A DNA stretch of 62,462 bases, counting the filler. It is 5 parts of 5 records of this genome, joined end to end, with 100 filler letters (N's around TTAATTAATTAA, not from the genome) between each part and the next. Parts side by side here need not be neighbours in the genome. Positions count along the whole stretch, not along the records: positions 9,067 to 31,749 come from SRR31156797_5443; positions 31,850 to 45,525 come from SRR31156797_5446; 3 more parts are not named here. One strand, 5' to 3'. The notes beneath the pieces are model-generated. The model ran no database searches and was not told the origin of the DNA. It worked only from the letters and a program-made list of their open reading frames with translations. How positions within the stretch are numbered: position 1 is the first letter of the stretch; every line of letters starts with the position of its first letter. Position numbers and translations under genes: made by a program. Shown in pieces: positions 24,258-33,627 of the stretch.

Positions 24258-24716
24258 ATGATTCGTCCAATCGACTCTAATGAAGCGTATCCTTGGGCGT
24301 TGCTGCTGGATGCAGATCCTGAAAAAGCAGTCGTAGAAAGCTATCTATATAATAGCCAAACACTTGTTTATGAAGAAGCTGGAGAAATGATTGGTGTGCT
24401 AGTTTATCAAAATCAAGGCAACAACTGGGAGATTATGAATGTGGCCGTTTCTCCAGAAAAGCAAGGAATGGGCATTGGTCGTCAATTGCTGCAAGCTGCC
24501 GAAGAAGCGATCCTCAGTCAACACCTTGGGGCAAAACGGCCGATTGTAGTGATCAAAACTGGTAGTCTGCCCTCTGCAGCCCTGACTTTGTACCAAACGC
24601 AAGGCTATGTTGAAAAAGACCGGATGGAAAATTATTTCACCACTCACTATGCTGAACCGATTTTCGAAAATGGGCAGCAGTTGATCGATCAAGTTATTTT
24701 GGAAAAGCAGCTATAA
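24258..24716 (+). CDS. GNAT N-acetyltransferase
   Basis: LLLDADP, EIMNVAV, QGMGIG and LYQTQGY. Confidence 0.88.
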   Translation: MIRPIDSNEAYPWALLLDADPEKAVVESYLYNSQTLVYEEAGEMIGVLVYQNQGNNWEIMNVAVSPEKQGMGIGRQLLQAAEEAILSQHLGAKRPIVVIKTGSLPSAALTLYQTQGYVEKDRMENYFTTHYAEPIFENGQQLIDQVILEKQL

Positions 24717-24842
24717 TCCCATAGAGACAGTCTATGGCGATTTTAGGCTGTTTTTTTTATTGTTCTCGGAAATCGCTTTCTTCAAGTGGGGACTTACGGT
24801 AAAATAGATAGTATCAGAATAATAAAGAATTGAGGGAAAAAA

Positions 24843-25724
24843 ATGGCGATTTTAGTCTTTGATATGGGTGGTTCAGCAGTAAAATATGGCGTCTGGGCAC
24901 AGGATTCTTTGGTGAGTAAAGGCAAATTTACTACACCAAGCACGTGGCAAGAAATGAAAGCCCAGTTGCAGCAAGTAAGAGCAAGCGTAAACGAAGAGAT
25001 CGAAGGGGTCGGGATCAGTGCTCCAGGTGCAGTCAATGCCCAAGAACGTCGAATCGACGGTATCAGTGCGATTCCTTATATCCATGGGTTTGACATCTAC
25101 TCTGAACTCGAAGGAGTGTTTGGGGTACCAGTAACCATCGAAAATGATGCTAATTGCGCTGGGATGGCTGAATTCTATCAAGGAGCGGGCAAAGAGTATC
25201 AGCAAGCAGCTTTCGTTGTGATCGGAACAGGCGTTGGCGGTACCCTGTTTCAAAATGGTGAGCTAGTCCGTGGGGCACATTTATACGGCGGTGAATTTGG
25301 GTTGATGATTTTAGATCAAGGCAAAACATTTTCGCAACTAGGGACAGCGGTTCAGATGGCTTGGCGTTATTGTGATCGAATTGGTGTAGATCGAACCACA
25401 ATTACCGGCGAAGAGGTCTTTCAACGTGCAGAAGATGGGGATGCCATTGCGATCGAGGAAGTCAATAAATTTTACCGCTATTTAGCGCAAGGACTATTCA
25501 GTATTCAATTTGCTTTTGATCCTGAAGTGATCATTATCGGTGGCGGTGTCAGTGCCAAAAATGGCTTGTTAGAAGAAGTGAATCAACGGTTGAAAAAAAT
25601 GTTGGCAGATCAAGCTTTAAATGATTTTGTCCCACTGATCAAGCTATGTGACTATCGCAACGATGCCAATCTAGTTGGGGCGGCAGCCAATTTTCAAGCA
25701 TTGTATCCACGAAATAGCCGCTAA
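24843..25724 (+). CDS. ROK-family sugar kinase
   Basis: FDMGGSAVK, ENDANC, GTGVGG and GEFG; no HTH. Confidence 0.9.
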   Translation: MAILVFDMGGSAVKYGVWAQDSLVSKGKFTTPSTWQEMKAQLQQVRASVNEEIEGVGISAPGAVNAQERRIDGISAIPYIHGFDIYSELEGVFGVPVTIENDANCAGMAEFYQGAGKEYQQAAFVVIGTGVGGTLFQNGELVRGAHLYGGEFGLMILDQGKTFSQLGTAVQMAWRYCDRIGVDRTTITGEEVFQRAEDGDAIAIEEVNKFYRYLAQGLFSIQFAFDPEVIIIGGGVSAKNGLLEEVNQRLKKMLADQALNDFVPLIKLCDYRNDANLVGAAANFQALYPRNSR

Positions 25725-25924
25725 CATCTTGATGTAATGTTTTCAAACGTCCTTTTGACAAAAAATGAAGCAATTCGAAACGATCAAAAAGTAAGCAAAG
25801 GAAAAAAAACTTTGCTTGCTTTTCTTTTTGTTCAAAAAAATGAAAAGCGATTCCATTATTGATGGAACAGTGTTTTAAAAACACCATTTTTTCCTAGTAA
25901 AAAAAATAAATTCTGAATAGGTGA

Positions 25925-25970
25925 AATATTCTGATAATTCGTTGACATTTTCCAGATTTTTCAGTATATT
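25925..25970 (+). promoter_or_regulatory. sigmaA promoter of the liv operon with CodY-like boxes
   Basis: TTGACA (25942)-N17-TATATT (25965); AATATTCTGATAATT (25925-25939) is 2 mismatches from the CodY consensus AATTTTCWGAAAATT. Confidence 0.7.
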
Positions 25971-26008
25971 GGATAACATATTCAGGGGAAGTGAAGGAGA
26001 GGAAAATT

Positions 26009-27196
26009 ATGAAAAAGAAATTTGCGTTTTTGTTTGCGAGTTTGTTTTTGTTGACAGCATGTAGCGCTGGACCAACAGGTGGATCAACGGATGGCAGCGG
26101 GGCTGCTGAAGGTGGCAATAAACAAGAGGGAGATACCATCAAGATCGGAACCAACTTAGAGTTGTCAGGAGCCGTAGCTGCTTATGGGACGGCTGAAAAA
26201 GAAGGAATCGACTTAGCAGTAGAAGAAATCAATGCTGCCGGCGGTATTCTTGGAAAACAAATTGAAATTATTTCGAAAGATAACAAATCAGATAACAATG
26301 AAGCTGCAACGGTAGCAGCCAACTTAGCTACAAATGATAAAGTTGTAGCCATCATTGGTCCAGCAACTTCTGGTGCTACGAAAGCGGCTTTGCCTAACGT
26401 GACCAGAGCACAAGTACCAATGGTTACACCTTCAGGTACTGACGATGCGATTACTTATACTAGTGGGAAAGTGCAAGAATTTGCCTTCCGTTCTTGTTTC
26501 CAAGATAGCTTCCAAGGAACGATCTTAGCGAAATATGCGGCTGAAAATTTGGATGCATCAAAAGCCGTGATCTTGGGAGACAACTCAAGTGATTACGCAA
26601 TTGGATTGACGGAAGCATTTAAAGAAAGTTACCCAGGCGAAATTGTCTTAGAAGATAACTTTACTGAAGGCGACAAAGATTTCCAAGCAGTTCTTACAAG
26701 AATCAAAGATGTCGACTTCGATGTCTTGTTCATTCCAGGCTACTACACAGAAGCTGGTTTGATCATCAAGCAAGCGCGAGAATTAGGAATTGATCAAGCG
26801 ATCATTGGTGCCGATGGATTCGGTGATGAAAAAATGGTTCAAACAGCTGGTGCAGAAAATGTCAGCAATGTTTACTATACCGGTCACTTCTCTACCAAAG
26901 CACCAGCAAACGACAAAGTTGAGCCGTTTGTGGCAGCTTTCAATGAAAAGTATGGCAAAGAACCTTCTGCTTTTAATGCGTTAGCCTATGATGCAGTTTA
27001 CATGATCAAACAAGCAATCGAAGATCAAAACTCAGCAGATTCATTGGCAATTGCAGCTGGTTTGTCTGAACTGAAAGACTTTGTCGGCGTGACAGGTGAA
27101 ATCACAATGGATGAAAATCATAACCCTGAGAAATCAGCAGTTGTTTTAGGATTGACTGACGGGAAGGAAACCTCAGCAGACACTGTGGAACCTTAA
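26009..27196 (+). CDS. livK: Branched-chain amino acid ABC transporter substrate-binding lipoprotein
   Basis: Lipobox LTAC, EINAAGGILGK and YDAV. Confidence 0.88.
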   Translation: MKKKFAFLFASLFLLTACSAGPTGGSTDGSGAAEGGNKQEGDTIKIGTNLELSGAVAAYGTAEKEGIDLAVEEINAAGGILGKQIEIISKDNKSDNNEAATVAANLATNDKVVAIIGPATSGATKAALPNVTRAQVPMVTPSGTDDAITYTSGKVQEFAFRSCFQDSFQGTILAKYAAENLDASKAVILGDNSSDYAIGLTEAFKESYPGEIVLEDNFTEGDKDFQAVLTRIKDVDFDVLFIPGYYTEAGLIIKQARELGIDQAIIGADGFGDEKMVQTAGAENVSNVYYTGHFSTKAPANDKVEPFVAAFNEKYGKEPSAFNALAYDAVYMIKQAIEDQNSADSLAIAAGLSELKDFVGVTGEITMDENHNPEKSAVVLGLTDGKETSADTVEP

Positions 27197-27219
27197 AAAC
27201 CTGTAGTTGTTTGGCAGTG

Positions 27220-27261
27220 AAAACTGGGACAGACCTGATGTGTTTGTCTCAGTTTCTTTTC
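27220..27261 (+). terminator. Intercistronic hairpin after livK
   Basis: GAAACTGGGACA / TGTCTCAGTTTC plus TTTT. Confidence 0.55.
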
Positions 27262-27304
27262 TCTAATGAGAAGAACCATAATAAATGATATTGGAAGTGA
27301 GTAT

Positions 27305-28183
27305 ATGGAAATGATGATCCAACAATTGATCAACGGCTTGTTTCTAGGCAGTATCTACGCCTTGTTAGCGTTGGGTTATACGATGGTGTATGGCATCATC
27401 AAGCTGATCAACTTCGCCCACGGAGAAGTTTATATGATTGGTAGTTTTATCGGTTACTTTTTGATCAATCAATGGCAATTGGGCTTTTTCCCAGCGTTAT
27501 TCATTTCGATGATCGCCAGTGCAGCACTTGGGGTAACGATTGAATTTTTAGCCTATCGTCCTTTGAGAAATTCCACGCGAATTTCGGCATTGATTACGGC
27601 AATCGGGGTTTCTTATTTTTTGCAAAATGTCATGATCTTTTTCTTTTCTGCCAACGTGCGCCCGTTTCCGCAAGCAATCGAACGAAAAACCTATTCCATC
27701 GGGTTTGTTCAAGTAAGTAATGTCCAGTTATTGATTTTGGCTGTTTCGGTTACCTTAATGATTCTCTTGCAATTGATCGTGAAAAAGACCCGTATGGGAA
27801 AAGCGATGCGTGCAGTAAGTGTTGATGCAGATGCAGCGCGTTTGATGGGGATCAATGTTAATCGAACGATTTCCTTTACCTTTGCCTTAGGCTCGGCTTT
27901 AGCTGCAGCTGGCGGGATGCTGATCGGTTTGTATTATAATTCCATTGATCCATCAATGGGGGTCGTTCCTGGTCTGAAGTCTTTTGTTGCGGCGGTTCTC
28001 GGCGGGATCGGGATCATTCCTGGTGCAGCTTTAGGCGGCTTTGTGATCGGTTTAGTGGAGACAGCAGCGACAGCGCTTGGTTTTTCTGATTACAAGGATG
28101 CTTTAGTGTATGTCATTTTAATAATTATATTGTTGGTTCGTCCAGCTGGGATCCTCGGCAAAAATATCAAAGAGAAAGTGTAG
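27305..28183 (+). CDS. livH: BCAA ABC permease
   Basis: YALLALGYTMVYGIIKLINFAHG and GKAMRA. Confidence 0.92.
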   Translation: MEMMIQQLINGLFLGSIYALLALGYTMVYGIIKLINFAHGEVYMIGSFIGYFLINQWQLGFFPALFISMIASAALGVTIEFLAYRPLRNSTRISALITAIGVSYFLQNVMIFFFSANVRPFPQAIERKTYSIGFVQVSNVQLLILAVSVTLMILLQLIVKKTRMGKAMRAVSVDADAARLMGINVNRTISFTFALGSALAAAGGMLIGLYYNSIDPSMGVVPGLKSFVAAVLGGIGIIPGAALGGFVIGLVETAATALGFSDYKDALVYVILIIILLVRPAGILGKNIKEKV

Positions 28184-28192
28184 GTGGCAGAA

Positions 28193-29170
28193 ATGAAAAA
28201 GAATTTACGTTACAACTTAATCTGGCTCGCTCTGGCAGCTATTCTTTATTTTGGATTATTTGCAGCCTACAATGGCGGAATGATTAATTTGTTCTCTGAT
28301 GCGATCATCGTCAATATCGGAATCAATATCATCTTGGCAGTCAGTTTGAATCTAATCATCGGCTTTTCAGGGCAATTCTCCTTAGGACATGCTGGGTTTA
28401 TGGCAATCGGTGCTTATGCTGGCGCGATCCTGTCGGCAAGCAATCCAACCTTTGGCGGCTTTTTAACTGGTTTACTAGTGGGGATGCTGGTTTCAGGTGC
28501 AGTCGCATTAGTGGTTGGGATTCCGACCCTCCGTTTAAAAGGCGACTATCTAGCGATCGCTACCCTAGGTGTGGCAGAGATCATTCGGATCTTGTTGGTG
28601 AACCTACGAGGCTTGACCAATGGTCCTGCTGGAATTTTCGGATTGCCCCAATTCAGTAATTGGCAGATCGTCTTTCTCTTTGCCGTTCTATCGATTCTTG
28701 TCGTTTCAAACTTTATCCATAGCGGACCAGGCAGAGCGACTTTAGCGATTCGGGAAGATGAGATCGCTGCAGAATCGATGGGGGTCAACACAACGAAATA
28801 CAAGGTAATTGCGTTTGTGATGGGGGCAGTGATGGCAAGCATTGCTGGTACCCTTTATGCCAGCTATCAGCAGTCGGTTTTCCCACGAGATTACGGTTTT
28901 ATGAAATCGATCGATGTGTTGATCATCGTCGTTTTTGGAGGGCTTGGGAGTACCACAGGAGCGGTTGTTTCGGCAGTAGTGCTAGGAATCTTAAACATGT
29001 ACTTGCAAGGCTTCTCTGATTTGCGCATGATCATTTATGCATTGGCTTTGATCATCATCATGATCTTTAAACCAAGCGGACTTTTAGGGACCTGGGAATT
29101 CTCCGTAAAAGGACTGTTGGACAAATTTAGAAAAAAGGGGGATGACAACGATGCCTCTATTAGAAGTTAA
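28193..29170 (+). CDS. livM: BCAA ABC permease
   Basis: GQFSLGHAGF, LRLKGDYLAIATLG and IREDE. Confidence 0.92.
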   Translation: MKKNLRYNLIWLALAAILYFGLFAAYNGGMINLFSDAIIVNIGINIILAVSLNLIIGFSGQFSLGHAGFMAIGAYAGAILSASNPTFGGFLTGLLVGMLVSGAVALVVGIPTLRLKGDYLAIATLGVAEIIRILLVNLRGLTNGPAGIFGLPQFSNWQIVFLFAVLSILVVSNFIHSGPGRATLAIREDEIAAESMGVNTTKYKVIAFVMGAVMASIAGTLYASYQQSVFPRDYGFMKSIDVLIIVVFGGLGSTTGAVVSAVVLGILNMYLQGFSDLRMIIYALALIIIMIFKPSGLLGTWEFSVKGLLDKFRKKGDDNDASIRS

Positions 29171-29927
29171 AAGCTTAACGAAAAACTTCGGTGGTTTAGC
29201 TGCTGTTTCTCATGTAGACCTCCATCTAGATACCAATGAGCTGGTCGGGTTGATTGGACCAAACGGTGCCGGCAAGACAACGCTCTTTAACCTCCTGACA
29301 GGTGTTTATGAGCCTAGTGAAGGCGAAGTGCTTTTTGAGACCCAAGGTAAGCCAAAACGTTTAAATGGCGTGAAGCCTTATAAAATCGCGGATTTAGGCC
29401 TTTCAAGAACCTTCCAAAATATTCGCTTGTTTAAAAACTTGACCGTAATGGATAACGTCTTGATCGCTATGAACAGTAAGCATAAAGAAGGACTACTGAC
29501 GAGCATCTTGCGTTTGCCAAAATATTACAAAAACGAAGAATCCATGAAGAAAAAAGCCTTAGAGCTGTTACGGATCTTTGATATGGATGGCAAAAGCCAA
29601 ACGTTAGCGAAAAATTTGCCTTATGGCGAGCAACGCCGTTTAGAGATCGTACGCGCATTGGCTACAGAGCCAAAAATTTTGTTTCTTGACGAGCCGGCAG
29701 CGGGGATGAATCCTCAGGAAACAACAGAACTGACAAAGCTGATCTATAAGATCCAAAAAGATTTTCAATTGACGATCCTCTTGATCGAGCATGATATGAG
29801 TTTGGTCATGGAAGTGTGCGAACGGATCTATGTACTGGAATACGGGCAAGTCATCGCCCACGGTGAACCAGAAGAGATCAAAAACAATCCACGGGTAATC
29901 GAAGCCTATCTAGGAGGAGAAATCTGA
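29151..29927 (+). CDS. livG: BCAA ABC ATPase
   Basis: GPNGAGKT, LPYGEQR, LDEPAAG and EAYLG. Confidence 0.93.
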   Translation: MPLLEVKSLTKNFGGLAAVSHVDLHLDTNELVGLIGPNGAGKTTLFNLLTGVYEPSEGEVLFETQGKPKRLNGVKPYKIADLGLSRTFQNIRLFKNLTVMDNVLIAMNSKHKEGLLTSILRLPKYYKNEESMKKKALELLRIFDMDGKSQTLAKNLPYGEQRRLEIVRALATEPKILFLDEPAAGMNPQETTELTKLIYKIQKDFQLTILLIEHDMSLVMEVCERIYVLEYGQVIAHGEPEEIKNNPRVIEAYLGGEI

Positions 29928-30628
29928 TGCTGGAAATTCAAAATTTAAGTGTTCACTACGGCATGATCCAAGCAGTTCATGATGTTTCCTTCCACGTCAA
30001 TCAAGGAGAGATCGTTTCGCTGATTGGTGCCAATGGTGCCGGAAAAACCACGATTTTACGGACGATTTCTGGATTGATCCGTCCTTCAAAAGGCTCCGTC
30101 ACTTTTGAAGGAAAGCAAATTGAGAAAGAAGCACCGCAAAAAATCGTCGCAAACGGCTTGTCGCAGGTGCCAGAAGGGCGGCACGTCTTTTCCGGTTTGA
30201 CGGTTCAAGAAAACTTAGAGATGGGCGCCTTCTTGCGTAAAGACAGTGGTGTCAAAGAAGACTATGAACAAGTTTACCGCAAGTTTCCTGTATTGAAAGA
30301 ACGCCTCTCGCAAGATGCGTCGACATTATCTGGCGGTGAGCAGCAGATGTTGGCAATGGGGCGGGCATTGATGTCAAAACCGCGCTTGCTTTTGCTGGAT
30401 GAGCCATCGATGGGCTTGGCGCCAATTTTTATCAAAGAAATTTTTTCCATCATTCAAGAAATCAAGCAGCAAGGAACGACTGTGCTGCTGATCGAACAAA
30501 ATGCGAAAATGGCTTTATCGATTGCCGATCGCGGCTATGTATTAGAAACCGGGAAAATCGTTTTAGAAGGTACTGGAGAAGAATTACTAGCAAGTGATGA
30601 AGTTAGAAAAGCGTATCTAGGAGGTTAA
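29927..30628 (+). CDS. livF: BCAA ABC ATPase
   Basis: GANGAGKT, VPEGR, LSGGEQQM and LDEPSMGLAP. Confidence 0.94.
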   Translation: MLEIQNLSVHYGMIQAVHDVSFHVNQGEIVSLIGANGAGKTTILRTISGLIRPSKGSVTFEGKQIEKEAPQKIVANGLSQVPEGRHVFSGLTVQENLEMGAFLRKDSGVKEDYEQVYRKFPVLKERLSQDASTLSGGEQQMLAMGRALMSKPRLLLLDEPSMGLAPIFIKEIFSIIQEIKQQGTTVLLIEQNAKMALSIADRGYVLETGKIVLEGTGEELLASDEVRKAYLGG

Positions 30629-30631
30629 ACA

Positions 30632-31279
30632 ATGAGCGTAAGTGATTTTATGACGAAGACGGTCATCACCGTCGATTCACAAACACCGATCTTTGATGCA
30701 ATAGATGTGATGAAGCAGCACGATATCCATCGTCTACCTGTCGTTGATGATGGCAAATTAGTAGGGTTGATCACGGAAGGAACGATCGCTGAAGCAACCC
30801 CCTCAAAAGCGACAAGTTTAAGTGTTTATGAAATGAACTATCTCTTAAATAAAACGACAGTCGCTGATATCATGTTGAAAAAAGTGACTACGATTGAACC
30901 AGATGCACTATTAGAGGACGCCATTTCCGTCATGCGTAGTGAGAACGTGGGGGTTTTACCAGTCATGGATGATGATGCCTTAGTGGGAATCATTACCAAC
31001 AATGATATTTTCGATGCCTTTTTGAAAATCACTGGGTACCACGATGGTGGAACACGAGTGTCCATTGAGATCACGGATGACCATGTGGGTGTTTTAGCAG
31101 ACGTGACGAAACTCCTTGCGGATCATCAGATGAGTATTTTGACGATTGTGGTAAATCGGATGGCACTAAAAACAGTTGTTGAGATCCAAGTAGAATCACG
31201 GCAAGTCGCAGCAATCGAGAAAATTTTAAGCGATGCAGGCTATACCGTGACGAGTGCTGTCTTGACGAACCAGAAGTGA
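30632..31279 (+). CDS. acuB: CBS-pair plus ACT domain protein (AcuB-like)
   Basis: Two CBS motifs (HRLPVVD..LVGLIT, VLPVMD..LVGIIT) and a C-terminal ACT domain (DHVGVLADV). Confidence 0.8.
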   Translation: MSVSDFMTKTVITVDSQTPIFDAIDVMKQHDIHRLPVVDDGKLVGLITEGTIAEATPSKATSLSVYEMNYLLNKTTVADIMLKKVTTIEPDALLEDAISVMRSENVGVLPVMDDDALVGIITNNDIFDAFLKITGYHDGGTRVSIEITDDHVGVLADVTKLLADHQMSILTIVVNRMALKTVVEIQVESRQVAAIEKILSDAGYTVTSAVLTNQK

Positions 31280-31285
31280 TCTAAG

Positions 31286-31322
31286 AAAAAGTAGCTGATC
31301 GTAAAGATTGGCTACTTTTTTT
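31286..31322 (+). terminator. Intrinsic terminator
   Basis: AAAAAGTAGCTGATC-GTAAA-GATTGGCTACTTTTT. Confidence 0.7.
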
Positions 31323-31401
31323 ATTTCCAGAAGAGATTTTCTTTTTCTTTTGTTGCTTTTCTGTTAAAATAGGAAGGTGCTGTAAAGAAAGAGGTGCAAC
31401 C

Positions 31402-31635
31402 ATGTCTAAGAAAAATAAAGATATCGAAGTACGTATTGAAGAAACAACAAAAGCCATTCATGGCAAAGACTATACCGTCAATGAATTATTCATCGGAAAA
31501 AAACGCATTGGTGAGATTTTAACAACTGGACCAAAAGAATTTCAAAGCTTTTTAGGGGATGAAGATCTAGGTTCGAGCAGAAGCTTAGAAGCTGCAATCG
31601 AGATGATTATTCGTCAATGGAATTTACATGAATAA
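31402..31635 (+). CDS. Small conserved protein (DUF2969-like)
   Basis: MSKKNKDIEV...IGKKRIGEI...WNLH pattern; GAGGTG RBS. Confidence 0.7.
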   Translation: MSKKNKDIEVRIEETTKAIHGKDYTVNELFIGKKRIGEILTTGPKEFQSFLGDEDLGSSRSLEAAIEMIIRQWNLHE

Positions 31636-31720
31636 TTTCTAGAAAAATTTACTTTTTGCTCTTGCAATTTGTTATCTTTTTCGGTATTATAACTATTGTC
31701 AGGTTTGAGAAAAACCTTTT

Positions 31721-31749
31721 GGAGGAGTAGCGAAGTGGCTAAACGCGAC
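31721..31749 (+). tRNA. 5' fragment of tRNA-Tyr (cut by the contig end)
   Basis: GGAGGAGTAGCGAAGTGGCTAAACGCGAC matches the Firmicute tRNA-Tyr 5' end and D-arm; upstream TTGCAA-N17-TATTAT promoter. The anticodon is not visible. Confidence 0.75.
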
Positions 31750-31849
31750 NNNNNNNNNNNNNNNNNNNNNNNNNNNNNNNNNNNNNNNNNNNNTTAATTA
31801 ATTAANNNNNNNNNNNNNNNNNNNNNNNNNNNNNNNNNNNNNNNNNNNN
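31750..31849. other. Artificial contig linker
   Basis: Same N44-TTAATTAATTAA-N44 spacer. Confidence 0.99.
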
Positions 31850-31881
31850 CCGTCCTGCGGACCCTGGCGAAAATGCTCTAG
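31850..31881 (+). CDS. 3' end of a gene (VLRTLAKML*), probably ftsX
   Basis: Only 9 codons visible; identity inferred from the usual alphaproteobacterial ftsX-ydcF-plsC order. Confidence 0.35.
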
Positions 31882-31974
31882 CAAACGGCAGAAGGACCCT
31901 GAACAGACTGCAATGCTGACGTTTGACAAGACCACCCGATATTGTTGCGCCGCTTCGCTCGGCAGGCCCGCCTG

Positions 31975-32610
31975 ATGGCCGCTTCGCTTCATCACCGGCG
32001 GCGGCGTTCCGGCTTTCTGGTCGCCTTTCTGGTCACCATCGTCCTTCTCGCCGGTCTCTGGGTCGGCGGTTTGGTCTGGTATGCCGGCCTGATTCCGGCC
32101 ACCCTTGACGACGCCGATTCGCACACCGACGCCATCGTCGTGCTGACCGGCGGCAGGGGACGCCTGGTCGCCGCCCTCGACCTGCTGGAACGGGACCGGG
32201 CCGATCGCCTGTTCGTCTCCGGCGTCTATCGCGGCGTCGACGTCAAAACCCTGCTGCGCGTGTTCAAGCGCATGCCGTCCGAACTCGAAAACCACATCGG
32301 CATCGGCGACGCTGTCAACACGGCCGGCAACGCGACCGAATCGGCGGTTTGGATCCGCCAACACGGAATCACCTCCGTAAGGCTGGTCACGGCCAGCTAT
32401 CACATGCCGCGCAGCCTTCTCGAATTCCGTCACGCGCTGCCCGACATCTTCATCGTGCCGCATCCGATCTTCTCCGAGAACGTCAAACAGGACCGCTGGT
32501 GGGCCTGGCCCGGCACGGCGAATTTGATCGCGCGGGAATACAGTAAATATCTGCTGGTCCGCATTCGCCACGCAATCGAATGGTTGCGCCCGAATGGAGA
32601 AAGCGCATGA
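31975..32610 (+). CDS. YdcF/DUF218-family protein
   Basis: DAIVVLTGG, LFVSGV, NTAGNA and LVTASYHMPRS; start uncertain (31942 TTG or 31975 ATG). Confidence 0.88.
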   Translation: MAASLHHRRRRSGFLVAFLVTIVLLAGLWVGGLVWYAGLIPATLDDADSHTDAIVVLTGGRGRLVAALDLLERDRADRLFVSGVYRGVDVKTLLRVFKRMPSELENHIGIGDAVNTAGNATESAVWIRQHGITSVRLVTASYHMPRSLLEFRHALPDIFIVPHPIFSENVKQDRWWAWPGTANLIAREYSKYLLVRIRHAIEWLRPNGESA

Positions 32611-33338
32611 CCCGGTTTCGTTCGATTGCATTCAATTTCTTTTTTTTCGGCGAACTGACGCTGTTTCTGATCTCGATGCTGACGGCACTTCCGCTGCCGC
32701 GGATCATTCTGCGCAAATGCATCCGCGAATGGGCGAAAACGGTGCGCTGGTCGCTGAAGACCATCGCCGGCATCGACCACGAATTGCGCGGGCTGGAAAA
32801 CCTGCCAGAAAGCCCGGTCATCCTGGCCAGCAAGCATCAATCGGCCTGGGAAACCGTCGCCTTCGTCTGGATGTTCCAGCACCCCGTCTATTGCATCAAA
32901 AAAGAGCTGTTCAAGATTCCCCTGTGGGGCTGGTATGCCAGCAAATGCCAGCAGGTCGCGGTCGACCGCAAGGGCGGCGCAGGGGCGCTCAAGCGCATGG
33001 TTCGCGACAGCCTGAAGGCGCTGGAGCGGGGCCGCGATCTGATCGTCTTTCCCGAAGGAACCCGTGTCGCGCCCGATGCCAAGGGCGACTATCATCCCGG
33101 AATCGCCGCCATCTACGCCCGGACCGATCGCCCCGTGATACCGGTTGCGCTCAATTCCGGCATGTTCTGGGGGCGGCGCAGTTTCACCAAGCATCCCGGT
33201 ACCATCGTCGTCGAATTCCTTCCGGCCATTCCGCCGGGTCTGAGCCGCCGCGAATTCCTGCGCCAACTGGAAGAAAGCGTCGAAACCGCTTCCGCCCGCC
33301 TGGTCGCCGAAGCCGAAGCGGCTCGCCGCTGCGATTGA
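32607..33338 (+). CDS. plsC: 1-acyl-sn-glycerol-3-phosphate acyltransferase
   Basis: KHQSAWET, KKEL, FPEGTR and PVALNSG; ATGA overlap with ydcF. Confidence 0.9.
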   Translation: MTRFRSIAFNFFFFGELTLFLISMLTALPLPRIILRKCIREWAKTVRWSLKTIAGIDHELRGLENLPESPVILASKHQSAWETVAFVWMFQHPVYCIKKELFKIPLWGWYASKCQQVAVDRKGGAGALKRMVRDSLKALERGRDLIVFPEGTRVAPDAKGDYHPGIAAIYARTDRPVIPVALNSGMFWGRRSFTKHPGTIVVEFLPAIPPGLSRREFLRQLEESVETASARLVAEAEAARRCD

Positions 33339-33627
33339 CGCCGCCACGTACCCCATGTGGACAGGTCTGTGGAAATCGCCGTCCCCGGCTCTGTGGATGG
33401 CGGGGGTAAGTCGGACCCCCGACCGAATTCCGCCGATTCGCGATTATCGGGCCTGGGGATAGCTTCGTGGAAACATAACGAGAACGATTTCTTGACCGAA
33501 GGCGGCGATTCACCTACATTTTCGAAGGGAAAAGCCTTAATTTCATTGGATTTAACCGCCGTTTCCGATTGTCGGCCCAAGGCCGCTTTGGGAAACGCTT
33601 TCCAACCGGGAAACTCGGCAGGCAGCC

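Noticed and set aside
24768..24781. cre-like site GGAAATCGCTTTCT upstream of the ROK kinase, and a weaker one near 25841
   Set aside because: Plausible, but both ends mismatch the CcpA consensus; not strong enough to list as a feature.
33339..33627. Cobalamin riboswitch or NrdR boxes upstream of nrdJ
   Set aside because: No B12-box core; the best NrdR-like string (CACCTACATTTTCG) is too degenerate to call.
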